The notes beneath the pieces were generated by a model, which saw only the letters and a program-made list of their open reading frames with translations, ran no database searches and had not been told where the DNA came from. A DNA stretch of 64,000 nucleotides from Phoronis australis. Taxonomy: Eukaryota; Animalia; Phoronida. Shown here piece after piece: positions 1 to 13,665 of this stretch. The DNA lies in the NCBI GenBank assembly GCA_002633005.1, contig NMRA01000005.1, forward strand, positions 1,913,048 through 1,977,047, read 5' to 3'. Numbering within the stretch: position 1 is the stretch's first letter; every line of letters begins with the position of its first letter. A program made the translations under genes and the position numbers.

Positions 1-469
1 AAAATGAACTGATAACTATTTTCTTAGTGTTTGGAGCAATAATCAAAACTTTACAACCTTTTGCTGTTGAAAACAGAAGTGACGACAATTCTCTTGCATA
101 ACTCAAAAATGAATTTAAATGAGATATCCTAGCACACGATTGTTTCTCTAAGTATTGATGACTAATTACTACAAAAGCTTTGAAAACTGACTGATTGCAA
201 AGAAATACTAGGCAAAGCTTCACGAACCGAGATAAACTTGATTGAAGTTAAATTATCTGGCAGCTCTGTTTGGCTAAGTTACGCAATATGTTTCATTAAA
301 ACAAATTGTTTTTCTGCTGTAAATCAAATGACCAGATACTTGATGAATGCTTACAATCTCAGCCTGTTAACAACTTAAATGTATTTTTGTCATTTTTTGT
401 TACAAAATGTGGCCTATTAAAACTGGCTAATCAGTGGGCTAAGCTTATAAACGGTTCATTGTCCAGACT

Positions 470-705
470 CACTACATATTGTGGAATAACTGTCCACTTC
501 CTTTACGCCAGGTCATGGCTACAAGTCCCGCTGGGGTGCACACTAGACTTTTGAGTCAGGTCTCTAGCTCCTTAGCTTGGTTTTTAAAAGATATATTGTT
601 GATAAAGTATAAAGATGGTTCTAAGTGATCAGTGCAACGAGCCCACCATAGCGGTCTGTGCACTTGTGGTACAATGTGCATCAGAGTGCCTGCAATTATT
701 TTTTT
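470..705 (+). mobile_element. Degenerate tRNA-derived SINE-like element, same family as 61808-62049
   Basis: Shares the motifs tcaggtctctagctccttagcttggtttt, tcagtgcaa..gccca, tggtacaa and cctgcaattattttttt with the reverse complement of 61808-62049. Confidence 0.7.
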
Positions 706-1240
706 ATTGGTGGAAAGCTTATCCTTAGTCTCCACATGGTGCCTAGGGGGTGCATAAGGCCTCTGGCTACTGTATTTATAGGTTTGCAGTTTATAGTCAA
801 ATAATCCTTAAATCTTAAGCATTATGGCTCAGAACAATATCCTGGTCACAGGTTTCAAAATATATGCAAAATGGTCCAGAAGGAGAACTGCATGCTCTCG
901 CCTCGTAGCGGGATTGAGTCACAAACTTGCTAAGACAGGAACTGGGTCAGGTGCTCTCGTAAAATTTAATCTGCTGACTTTGAAACAGAACCTTGGTAGA
1001 TGGGTTACCTGGTGGCGGTTTTCATTTCATTGTTCATACACTGTACGTGGCCGTGTAACGTGAATGATTTGCAAATTTCCTTGACACGATTACCAGAAAC
1101 CAAGGAACTCGTATAGAATGTTGGGAATATTTCTGGCAAATTTTTTTTTGCATTATTTTCAAAGTAGGTAACAACGTCAAGGCGAAATGTAGCTTTAAAT
1201 AATGTGCAGTGTTTGTAACATTGACTTTCCTTTCTTTTAG

Positions 1241-4200
1241 GCTGCTAACCAAGAGGCACTGGAGGAAAAGATCCGCACAATGATTGAGGAAGATTTGACA
1301 GTAAGTTTGGACACGTTCTGGGTTGCAGTCCGTAGATGCAAGAAGCTTGACAGAAGCGCAAGTCACACACGCGTTTGTGATGCATATCGACATGCATTAA
1401 AAGTGAAGCACCTGATAACACTGGCTTTATTCGCGAGTGTCTGGCGTCTACGGAACGCAGCCCTGGGTGGTCGATTTCATGCATCATGGTGAATTTATTG
1501 GAAGTCACTAAATTTGTTAGTGGAGGTTGCTTGATTTCAAATTTGAATTTGTGTTGGAGGTTGCTAGGTGTTACACTTTTGTTTTGCTAGAAGTTGTGAA
1601 ACTCATTTAGTGATCATAAATATTAAACGGCTTAGTTTATTAGCTGTGTTCATGGTTCATTTCTTTATTAGTTCACTTTAATAAAATATGAGATTCCAGA
1701 CAGATTTCAGGTCTCAATAATATATATGAGGGTGAAAGTGGTAACGCAGTGGTTGAGTGCTTGCCAATGGTAATTATGTATGAGGGACTGATTTCTTACA
1801 CATATTATCTGTACGCTCTACTTGACTGATGTGAAAATGAGTACTGGGGTGGGGTTGTGTATGCCTGTGCAATATAACCAATAGAGGGAGTAGGAGCATC
1901 TTGACATCAACCCTTCTTACTTACAATGGCACAAACTAAAGGTGGTTGTAAAATTCTTTTTAATGATTAATGGACAAGCATGGCAATTAAAGCACCATGC
2001 AGGCCTGAGGAACAGTAGTTTGGCTTCGTCCATTGAAATGTGGTTTCAGGCTATAATCAAATATTTAAAAAATGAGCAAGCATAGCATTGTAGCTATGGT
2101 GAAATCTCACCAACTTAGGAGTTCACAATATCATGATGACTGACAGGTGAAATTTCGTATTTTTTGTATTTTCATAAAAGTTGTTCGTAATAGCTAAATA
2201 CGTTTTTTCATTTCAAAGTTCTACAACAGTAATTTTGTAAAATGTGCTTCTGGTGAATCATATGAGCCTTTTTTAGCCACTCGCTAACGTTCAGTTGCTT
2301 ATTAGCTGAATGGTTAGCGACACTCGTCGGTTTTATCGGAGTTGCTGGTTCGATTACACGTCGGGTAATCTCGGCTATTACTACAGTTCTAAACCATAAC
2401 TACCACCAGAGCTATGTTTTGAGAAATTGTGGTCTTTCAACATTATGAAAAAAGGCTAACTTTGATAACTATTTTTGTCCGGCAACATTGGTGAGATTTC
2501 ACTCCAAATCCTCCAAAATTGTGTAGTTTTGGAATAGTGTTGGCAGTAAGCAAGAGCTTTTAAGGGCTTCTGATGTTGCTAAAATGGAGTCCAAGATCAG
2601 TGGTTGGTGTTATCACAATGTGGCTTTTTAAAGAATTGTCGTTGAGGTTGTATAGGACTTTTCCTAATTTTGCTAATTTTGGAACATTTTATCTCAGAAA
2701 TAGATAATTGATTCATGTCATTGAATCTTTCAAATATTAGGCTTTTCACGCTGTTTTTACCCTGCTCCACTTTTGCATGACGGGCTATAAAATATGACTT
2801 TATGATTTCTGTAAAAAATTTAAAAGTTGTGTAAAACAAAAGAACAAAAGCCAAATGATAAGTTAGGAAATGTTTATGAGATTTGATTGTTAGCATTTAT
2901 GTTGAAATGAAATATGGGCATACTATTGACGTCGTTGTTTTGCTAAGAAGTGTACCTTTCATGTTTTTGCTAAATATTACTAATTAAAACATGTCCCAAT
3001 TACTGGCAGATTGGTAAAAAGTCAAAAAATGATTTTTTAAGGTTTTCTACTTCCAGAAAATATTATATTTTATGAGTTGAGATCCATAGATTTGTTGATA
3101 TATGGCTAACTTGTTAATAAGGTCTTGCATAATCCGTTGTCTGTTATAAGCAAATTGTGAAATGAAAGCACGTACCCACTGAATATAGATAAGCTGAAAA
3201 TCATATTTTCTCAAACATTCCTCCATACTTCATAAGATTGAATCTGAACGAATCGTAGGCTGTCCAGAGGGATTGATGCAGATGACTCGACAAGTGCTCC
3301 TCATGATATAATACCATGAACAAAAGGCTGTTTTTGTATGATTGGGTATATTGGTACTTTTTGTCACATTCATAGTTTATGAAAATAAGACTAATTGACT
3401 TGGTAACATCTGTTGGACGAAATAGCAATACCGTGTTGTTTTCATAGTCATTTTTCATCGTGATTATTTTTATTCACCTGCTGGTATGTTTGTGAGACGG
3501 CATCCATGCTTTTTGCTGTGGCCCATGTATGTGGGTTCATTGTCTGGCGACTGATTGGCTATTGATTGTCTGTGAATTGCCTGGTTGTATTTGTTTTGGA
3601 TTCCTCTATGGATATTAGGATTAGCAATCAACTTCGTGGATGAGGCAATGCTTCTGGAAAATTTTTCAAATACTTAATTGGCAAGGTTTTCACTTAAATG
3701 CTGTTCTTCGACAAGAAATTCTTTTCCCTAGTAATACCTGTTACTTATTTGTCACTCACTCAAATGTTAATGCCAAAAAATTGTTCAACATTCACTGGAG
3801 ATTGAACCATTCAAGAGTGCTTTTTAAAGGCTAAGTTGTTTGAACAATTGAAAGATCTTCCGAAGTTGTGCTCTTGCTGTTGCGAAATTATGCTGGCATG
3901 TGAACAACAGTGGTTAATAGCCTACTCTGCCCTCTGGTGGTGTTTTTTCTATTTGAAGTTGGTGGTCTGATTGATATTGTATTATTTGGAAGTGACATCT
4001 ATTGCAAAGATTTGAATGTGATTGGAAATGAACTTGAAGTATCTATTCGTCATTTGGCAGACGTCTATGTCTTGTTGTCAGGAGTTGATTAACAGTTCTC
4101 CAGTAATTGGTTAAGAGTTAATGGAACAAGTCTTGAGTTATTGGTCAGGAATTAATTGTTGCTACAATATGTCCATGCAATGCCATGCACCCGAGACACT

Positions 4201-4881
4201 AATAGTTTTTAGAAGGGTTCAGTTTAATGACTTGATCAAGTTGTCACCACCAAATCATGCGAGTTAAAGTTTTATTTCTTTTTCCAAATATTTTGGATAA
4301 GTGGTACACTTTTTTGTCTTCCCTGACATTTAAAACTTGAAACCGAGGCCCGGGGGTCTAATCCCTGCACTTGAAATGCCAACAGCTCGACAAGTTTGGA
4401 CTAAACTTTGAAATTTGTACTTGAATCATGCCCTGTGATTCTTCAGTTTGGAGTCACATATTAGATAGACCCTTACCTCTGTTTTCAGAAGTCAGTCCAA
4501 TTATTTTAAGTAATATTCCGCTCATCAAAGACATGAATGAATGCGACTCTTTATCACTTTCTTTTAACCTTACCAATGGATGTCACCCTCGCACAGCATG
4601 ACACCCTTTTGAAGAGGTTCGCGTATGTTTTGAAATTCGTAATATTATTGGTTAAATTATAGGTTAAATTATCGGTTTCAGCTTCATCCTCAGTTCGAGT
4701 TGTCTATGATTTGTCAGTAAAGATATGTGTTGTTTTACAGCTGAATGGTCCACAAAGAAAGTCTCTTGCTACCGACTACGCCAACAGTCAAGTGAAGAGA
4801 GCAGTGGAGACGAGACTTCTGAGTTTCCTAAGCTACAACTACTACCATCTACCATTCTATGCCAAGCCAGGAATGGTATAA
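1241..4881 (+). CDS. 3' end of an unidentified intron-containing gene (exons 1241-1300 and 4741-4881; 5' part upstream of the window)
   Basis: Exon 1241-1300 lies between ttttag and gtaagt and reads AANQEALEEKIRTMIEEDLT (phase 0/0). The terminal exon follows ttttacag and reads LNGPQRKSLATDYANSQVKRAVETRLLSFLSYNYYHLPFYAKPGMV*. AATAAA near 5368. Family not recognised. Confidence 0.7.
1329..1454. mobile_element. Short palindromic MITE (ccgtaga...tctacgg family)
   Basis: Terminal inverted repeat tccgtaga/tctacgga; related copies at 37219-37357 and 44149-44249. Confidence 0.55.
2236..2385 (+). mobile_element. ~150-bp TGTA...CTACA repeat with tRNA-like A/B boxes
   Basis: A-box-like tagctgaatgg, B-box-like ggttcgattac, ends in ctaca; homologous to 23903-24043 and 24290-24439. 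Confidence 0.6.
2560..3190 (+). repeat. Diverged interspersed repeat shared with ~15450-16050
   Basis: Colinear motifs tttgctaaat..tactaa, ttggt.aaaagtcaaaaa, tttctactt.ca.aaaa and ttgtt.ataaggtct occur in both places. Boundaries are approximate. Confidence 0.5.
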
Positions 4882-7852
4882 CTCGGTAAAAAGGTTGATC
4901 ATGACTTCAACTGCTTTACATACAGAAGGACTCGTCTCTGTTATTTGTAAATATGTAAGAATTTCAGTACAGAAAGTAAAACCATACTGCACTCTTTGTT
5001 CAGATTGCTGTGTAAAAGTAATATTCCCTTCTGACACCGTATGTTGCAACAGGATTTTAGTATCTTGGTGTTAAGTAACAGTTGTTGTATGCAAAAAATC
5101 TTTGACTGACATGAGAATTCACAGTTAATATGAGTCTGATCTTCATTAACACCTGCCTGCAGCTGTAGTTGTTCATTTTGAAAGGACTGAGAGGTCAATT
5201 GGTACATTTACCTGTGATAGAACTGAATGGTTCAAAGTAAACATTCCGTCTTATTGTATCGTAACTGTTTAAAACTTCTATGTTTGGAAATGAAATACAC
5301 AATGTAAATTCTATATATTTATTATTGTTATTGGATCTGTGTTCAAACATACAACATTACAGATAAAAATAAAGTCATGTGAATCAAATGAAACATTAAG
5401 TGCTGCCACAGAATTGAGAATTACATGCGATTGGTTCAAATAATCATTTCAGTTGTCTAAACATATAAACATTTCATTTAATAATTCTCTTCACAATAAT
5501 AACCAACTGAGTTAAAACAGGATTTTCTCATAAGAAATACACATCAGTCAGACAGTGTCATAGGCACAACTGAGTCTCACACCTGAGAATCAAATCCGTC
5601 ACACTAGATTCAGGGGTACATTTCATGAAAGTGATTAAGGAGTAATTTTGTCTGATAGTCCCACTTCACAATTGCTAAAGAAAGGTTCAACCGAGTAATT
5701 ATGAATAAATAATTTATAGGAATTACCTTGAATAAATAAGCAAACTAATTACGATAAAAAGTAAAACAGAAAATAAATGATGGTATACAATCAAGACACA
5801 CCGTGTAAGTTACTAAGAGTTACCTGTGTTTTCTCCCGAGACTGCCTTGTTGGTCAGGTGAGATTCAATCATTTTTCACATAACAGTCGTCTGAAGCACA
5901 ATTTACAAATTTCTGTCTTCAGTCTTAGGCTTCTTTCATGAAACAGGCCCAGGACAGCTCCAAGACAGAATCTGAGCAGAGCATCCATGCAGGACAAAGC
6001 CTGTGTAGGATGGTAGTCTCATTATTAAAGTTCTGCTGCTGCTACGACATCATTACTACAGTTCTAAACAGTTGCAAGTCAACTGAAGATTCCCAGGAAA
6101 TAACCCACTTAATGAAGTCTTAGAATTCTCTATAGCTGAAGTTCTAGGACTGAGTGTGACTGGCACTTGCAAGCGGGGTAACTTGCAATGTACTCCCAAT
6201 AAAACCTGATTTTGTCCATCACTGTGTGCAAAACATGCTGGCAGTGGAATCTCATTCAGATTGTTTCCAGGCAGTGTAAAATGTTCACTTTACTCTGCAG
6301 ACCGAGATATGTGACTGTGATTCATACCCACATGCTGGTAATCGAGCATCACAAACTGTCTTACAGTCCACAGTACATTTTCACTGCTAAGGTTTTCAGA
6401 GCACTGTCAAATCAAATTGACTTTTATGAATTACTGATGAGAAAAGTTGTTCACGTGCAGTTATTTCCACAAAATTATCATCGGGATTACAAACACATAG
6501 GAATAGGGTAACGAGCTGTCTGGTGGCTCCTGTGAATAGGGTTAAAATCTGTAAAATTAGTATTCATGTCTTGATAACTCACCCAATCCACACCTTTACA
6601 TGGATGGTTACACGTTTTGAAAATGAGGCGGGATATGATATTTAATATGAACTGACAACTGGATGCTGTCCACTTCGTATTCACTTTGACTTCGGTAGTA
6701 ATTTCCAGCACACTACTACTCATGTTTCAAACATGTGGCTCCCTAAGACATCAAAATGTCTTTACCCAAAGACAAATTCATAAACGTCTAGTTAGATTTA
6801 GACGCTTTTTATGAGATTACAAGTTACAGGAATTTTTTACTTATTTGACACAAAATATGGTTGACAAGTGACATTCTATTTTGTTTAAATTTCTCTGCAA
6901 AAGTGAGAATCAAGAACATTTTGGTCCAACACAAGCACAGATTGTGGTGTGTAGATGTCATAAAATAACATTTTGCTAAAACTGCTAAAACAGCTTTTTG
7001 ACAAATGGAAAATGACCATTCTGACAGTTATTTTGTGCAGTAGTTTCACTCTCAGATGACAAGTTGCAGTATCCCCATTTGAACAGATTATCTAAAGAGT
7101 AGGTTTTACTCAAGAGACACGCGGTGTTCCCACCAAGGAGCGGAGGTCACAATGAAAAGCGACACTGACAGAGAGATCACTAAGCTTCGTGCTCTTGGCA
7201 AAACTATTTTTCCAAATATATATTTAAGTCATGACTGATAATTATATCGATAAAAAACATTGAGATTCTGTGGTTTCAGATGACCTTATTTTTTGAAGCA
7301 CAGATGAGATAAAGTTGTCATTGGCTTGAATGGATCACAATATTAAACACTGACATATTTACAAATGGCTACACACTGGACAATCTTTTGAAAAGCAAGG
7401 ACTATTAGGCCTAGTTTAGGGCTGCACACTGTCAAGAATTATCAATGGGTCCAATATTGATATTTTCTTACTGATATATTATTGTATTGGACACGACAAC
7501 CATCTGCTTAGTATTGCTTTCGTGGCGAAGTTTATTAATAGAAAACTGAGTGTTAAACTCGCATTTCAAGATGAGGCTTCCTATTAACAAATCCACAGTG
7601 CATTCATTCCACCAAAACGAACATCGCCTTACGCAGCCAATTCAATGTGTTGAAGCTGTGACACATAATATCCACTGATTTTCTCTGGATTGATGAGAAT
7701 ACCCATTACTCTTGCAGGTCTTTCTTTAAGTTTACTATCGACATGTACCTGTACTTGAGTAATCATATGCAGCCTAGCCACGTATGCTTAAACAGTACAA
7801 CACAATAATTATGTTAAATTCTCGAGTCTTCAGTGTTAGTCTGACTCACTAT

Positions 7853-10800
7853 TCACTTGAACTCTGTAAAAGGTCTCTGCCCTAGTGCTGGTAAATGTGG
7901 AGACTGGCAGTCTACATAACCATCATTATCAATCTCCTTCTTGTCTTTTCTATGTGCCACATTCTTTTTGAATGCTTCGATGGGTGGCAATAGTAAGCCT
8001 ACACCAGGTGGCGCTTCCTTCGTTTTACGCACCGGCGTGCACAAATGAACCTTGGGCAGGAAGTCTTTGTTACGGGTCATTATTTCGTTAAACTTTGTTT
8101 TAGCTTCCTCGTGATCTAGTATTTTACCGTTCATAGTACCTTCTCTTAATAATTTAGATGTTTTCTTCGCGCGGATTCTTTCTGGGTTCATTGCATGAAC
8201 ACAGTTCTCGACCTGACGTCGTAAACCCCGCAGTGTGATACTCTCATAGTTGACGGGTCTGGAATCGGTTAAACTGGCGTTGTATATTTCTGGCACCGTC
8301 CTCTGCCTCACCATACGCAGAGACGCCTTAATGCCTTGAATCTCGCTCAGACTTTGTTTGTATGGTTTCTCTTCTAAAGATACACGGTATCGAAAAGCGT
8401 CTTTGTATTTGTCAACAAGCTTGGTATAAATGTTCAGTTTAGCTCGTTCTTGCTCATTTATCATGGAATTTAACTTGCGTCTCTTGCTTCTTATCTTATT
8501 GATGACATACAACCGTCCTTCCATACTATGTGCTGACTTGGCTGTAAACGTGTCATTGAGTCCACCCCAGTCTAAGGGGTCCTGCAACAATAAGCAACAG
8601 TAATTAAACATGTTAAGTTAAATCATTTTACTACACTATTAACTTAGAGCAAAAACTTTGTGGCATGTACGGATAATTTCCAAGAATAAGCTCATAGGCA
8701 GACAATCGAAAAACTACCTTTCAAAAATGTCAAATGAAACTGAATACAAGCACAGGAGTATTTTCCGAAAAGAGGGGTGTATATTTGGAAACTTTGACAA
8801 AATTTTTATGATGTAGTTTTAAAGCAAATAATTATCATTAATCATTCACTCAAGACTCATTTCAAGGAAGGTGATAATGTTAGTCACCAACTAAGACAAC
8901 AAAATTGCGTTTAGCTTTTTGACACCAGTTGAGATAGTAATTCTCCTGCTTTATCAACTGCAGCCACTGGCCTTTGTCATGGATACTTTGCAGTGGAAAA
9001 TGTATGGAATATGTTTGCATATTTTTGAAAGGCATTAGTACATCCCACAGCACGAAAGGCGTTAAAATGCTATTTACATTCATTATAGTAGCTTGAGACC
9101 TCCCATCCACAGTACATGGGACCTGTGTGTGGCGCTGTCCACAAAACACCTGATCGCCATCTAGTGGGATAGTGAATTTCAATATGGCACACTTATTTCT
9201 AAAGTCAGCTATTGAAAATGCCAAAAAATTTCGTACCAGCAAAATCCCATCAATTAAGGCACACTACGGTGGACAAGAGAATTTTTTTTTCACAAAGGAC
9301 AACTTAGAAGTATCAAATAGATGCTTCATGACTTACCTTCTATACCATACCTCCCAACAGATTAAGTATGAGAAAGTGTGACTATTTGAAACATGAAGAT
9401 CAATGTTGGTAATTCTTTTCAATTTTCAGTCAAAAAAAAAAAACAATTTTCAGCATCAATTTTTATCTCAGAAAATCAAGGGACTGTCTCAAATTTAAGA
9501 AGTCTTACCAAATACAAACTTATAAAAGAACAATTTGTACACTAAACACATTTAACTAATAAACATCATTTGGTTAAGAAACAAAAAAATATCTGGGACA
9601 AATGATGAACAAAAAATGGATCAATTGAGTTCTGAGAATACAAGGTTTTCGAATCAATATGAACACAGATCATACATATGCATTAGAGACCAATGGATAC
9701 GGGTTGCAATTTTAGATCACTTTAAAATTACAACTTACCTCATATCCTGTTATAACATCCTAAAAAGAGAAGAAACACTGGGTCAAAGTTACGCATACAA
9801 TAAAAACACACCAATTAAAGATACAATATGGTCAATAAGTGAAATTCTGCCTTCTTGTTTTTTCCATAAAAGTTTTGTAACACTAAAGTAATGGTGTGGA
9901 CAAGCTATGAACCATGGCGACCATCAGACAGTGTTTTGAAAACCTGTGGAGAGTCACAATGCTAGAAGACTTTAAAAAAAAATGAAAAAAGAACAATTTA
10001 GCAATACATTGGTGAGACTTTACTTTGCATAGAGAAAGTTTTAAACTACACAAATGCTCAACCAAGAAAGCAGACTACATTATATCAGGCCGCCAAATGG
10101 CGCTGAATACAAGAAAATTATTTACTCCAGGCGGATTTGGTATATTGTATACCCTTATAATGATCTAAGCACGATGGAGTCACTAAGCACCCAAAAATTG
10201 GCTGACTGTAACTCCATAAATTAACCTACATCAGCGAATAAACCCATTTGCATGGCAATAAACGTCCTCGACTTGAATAACCGACAGCAACAGTTCAATG
10301 CCACCATAATGGCCGATCCAACAAGAATGTGCAGGAAATATTAAACACCACTAAGGCACCCCTGAGTTTGTTTGCCCACAGACCCATTAGTATTCACTGT
10401 TATTGTGAAGTCTAATAGGCACTGCATTCATGCAAGTTATCCCTATTCATAAGACCCCATTACCTTTCCTCATATAATCACAACCAAGTGATGTCTGAAT
10501 GTTGGGTTCTGTTATTTTTGACGAGGCACTTAAAGACCACAGTTATTAAATATTAGAAATAATAACCACAGCACCAATATCAAACAGGAACGCTAGAAAG
10601 TCGAACTGGATTACACCAAAGTATTGTATCTCAAAAGGATCATAACCAAGTACAAGAATGTACTCGGTCAATTAGAGCCAAACCTTGTGCAACACGGCTA
10701 ATTTTCTCAATTGGTAATATTAAAACATGCTAGACAAACATGAAATTTTCACCATTTTCATTTGATACAATACCGTTTGTCCTGGTGAAAATATTTTCAT

Positions 10801-11373
10801 GATTTTAGACATAAAAATTAACATATTTTTCTTCATTAAAAACCTTACTTTGATAATTTCCATGTTTGAAATGAAGGAAGTTTTTGGCTGACAACTCTAT
10901 ATGTAAAAAAGTGTTCGCTGTAACATTAAAAAACTTATGAGGAGTTTTATTGACATTACTCAGCAGTAAGGCGAGCAAACATCTGTTAATGACCAGCACT
11001 TGGTTGAAAATCCAATATGGAAGATGGTGCAAATGGACCAAACACTGAACAAGCCCACCACCTCCAAATAGCTTCAAGACTTCAATATTAACACTTACTA
11101 AGTGGACCCTAAATTTAAGTATTTTTAATTCTTTGGCGACCAGCAGGCTGTGCAAAAAACTTGGAGAGAAAGAGCAGTGACAGCGCTACACCTAACATCA
11201 CACTTTCTGCTTGCTCTGCAATGCTGTTACCACATTAATAAACATAATGTTTATAAGAATAGCACTAGTAATAATTGTCGCGATGATGTTGCCACATATA
11301 TTGATTTTCGACAAAGCATGTCACAAAATTATGACCAGTTACCATCAGGCACACCTTTATTATTACTAATACC

Positions 11374-11411
<38 letters not shown>

Positions 11412-13654
11412 TATAACTATTAATTGGAATGCTACCATATTCAAACATCTTTGTATTTATATACGGTAGAAACTCACCAATTCAGGTTACAGTATGGTAG
11501 AAAACTGAATTTTTTTCATCAAAATTACAGTTTTACCATTGAGAAACTGTGGGCATTCCCAACAACCTTGAAATCTCTTGGCCAATATTTGGAGGTGGGC
11601 GTGTTTGCAGAAATTCCTGGTACCTTTATGATTACACAAGACCTTACTAGCAGGTATGTGCATTTATCCAAATATCTAAACATACTAAGAATCCCCTATC
11701 ATAATGGTAAAAGTAAAAATTTTCTCAAATTACAACTTTATACCAACCTGCCTTTATTTGTGTCTTTTTGTGGGAAATTAAGGAAAAAAGAAAGGCACGT
11801 TCACATCTAAACAAGAGCATCAACATCATGACTAAATAACTGGTTAAGCTACAACCTAAAAAATAATGTTTGACTTTTCTAAATTATCATTTTGTTTTCA
11901 TTTAACATAACATTGGATTTTTGTTTATAGCAATTACAAAAGTCCTATTTTTGATCATACCCTCATGCAAAATATAAACATTTCAAAAAACATTTCGAAG
12001 AACAGAGCATAAAATGTAGTATCTGAAAGTTTCATTTGAATATGATCAGCCATTTCTATGACGTGTGGAAGTGGGCCAAACGCGGATCTTTTCTCAGGTC
12101 CACCATAACCAGTTAAATGTTCGAAGTTTTCTCAGCAGATACACGGATGAGCCCGGTATGTATTATGTAATGAAACTCAAAATGCTGTTCAGACCAATAC
12201 AAATCAATACTAGCACACACTTTTAACATTTCTATTCCAGAAGATTAAAGTAATTAATTTTCCTATTTATTCAAGATTGATGAAATAAAAATGTAAGAGA
12301 AACTTCAATAAAGACAAATTTTACAGGAAAAAATCCAATGTTCACCTTACTAGGCATTAATCCAGTCAACTGTAATACAAAGGCATCGACTTATAGTACA
12401 GTCTTACTACAGGCCTTAGGCAGTGTGCTGATCTAATGTTTTTAAGTAACTGCTGAGGGATTGAACCACCATATCTACTGCTGTTTAGTTTGGTGTTTTT
12501 TAATTTATTTGTTTTTTTTATTTTGCTCAGTGTTACTCTACAGCTGGTGAAACAGGTCTGTAGCTCATGCTTACTGTTTTTTTTTACAACTGAATTTAGA
12601 ATAATATTGACTTTGACTTGACCAACTGCACTGCCGAGAATTTCACTAACACTACATTAACATTTCACTAGTTTCAGAAAAATATTACTAAATTTTACTT
12701 CTTTTAATTTCTAAGGACTTCTATGATTGCTGTGATTTACAGTTTTCCAAAACATTGCTTAATAGGAGCTTTGGAAAAAAAACATACTTTTAAATGCGAA
12801 AACATTTATTTTACAGATTAACCTTCACTTAAATCTCTCCCGAAATTGCGTTCTAAATTGTTGAGAATTTACAGAAAATCAAACTTTCTGAACATGGTAC
12901 CATCCCAAGCTACCTTTACCTACCTGTGACTTTCAACATCTTACCTGGTCTGGCGACAGCCGTTGCCCACACTACAAGGTGGAGACAAACGACCAGTGAC
13001 AAGAACAATGGCGCTTATGTCACACACGCACAACACCATTCAAAAAGCCCAGCGTAATAGCCATTTAAAGTATCAAATGAGACCAATGAGTGCAACCAGC
13101 TTATAATATTTCAGTTTTAATAACAAGACGTTTAGGATTGACTTGCTCAGTGAGGAATTAAGGAAGTGGTTTAGTTCTTACTTAGGTTATATGATACACA
13201 GCGACTAAATGATAAGAGGAATTTGGAATGCTTTTATTCATTAATTTTAATAGGTTGGGTATCTTCAGCTTATGTAACTATTTTAAACTTTAAATGTTAA
13301 TATAACTTCTTTTAGTACTATTTCCATTATCTGTTCACCTTTAATTCACATGCAAGAATTCCTGTAGTAGAATAGATTTTTGTCTAAGGTCATTCCATGT
13401 TATCTTGCAACACAAAACTGATCAGAGGTTTAAAATGTTATTAATACCTAAAACAGTTACAGCAAATAGCTAATATGAACAGTGAACAATATCTTATTAC
13501 ACTATAATCATTTCTATATAAACTTTGTGTAAAAACAAAAAAGTTAAGTACTGATAAAAATCTGTTCAAACCTTGAAAGAATGTTGCCATGACCACACCG
13601 TAAACAAAACAGTCAAAATAGCATGTGATTACTCACCTCAACAATAGGTGGCAT
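7853..13654 (-). CDS. Uncharacterised 264-aa basic/helical protein (exons 13654-13637, 12971-12945, 9759-9739, 8581-7853)
   Basis: All four exons are phase 0 with canonical polypyrimidine-AG/GT sites: MPPIVE | CGQRLSPDQ | DVITGYE | DPLDWGGLND...QRPFTEFK*. The last exon is a 729-nt open frame (ORF 7853..8611). The terminal exon is well supported; the small exons are inferred. Confidence 0.7.
11375..11413. repeat. (ATT)n microsatellite
   Basis: Run of attattatt... read directly. Confidence 0.9.
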
Positions 13655-13665
13655 TGCGTCCCGCT

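Noticed and set aside
9337-9381. Extra exon of the orphan gene ending at gtaagt
   Set aside because: It contains an in-frame TAG in phase 0, and the model is complete without it.
12098-12155. Exon-like + strand segment (ttctcag...gtatgt; VHHNQLNVRSFLSRYTDEP)
   Set aside because: No partner exons found on +, and it is antisense within another gene's intron; likely chance.
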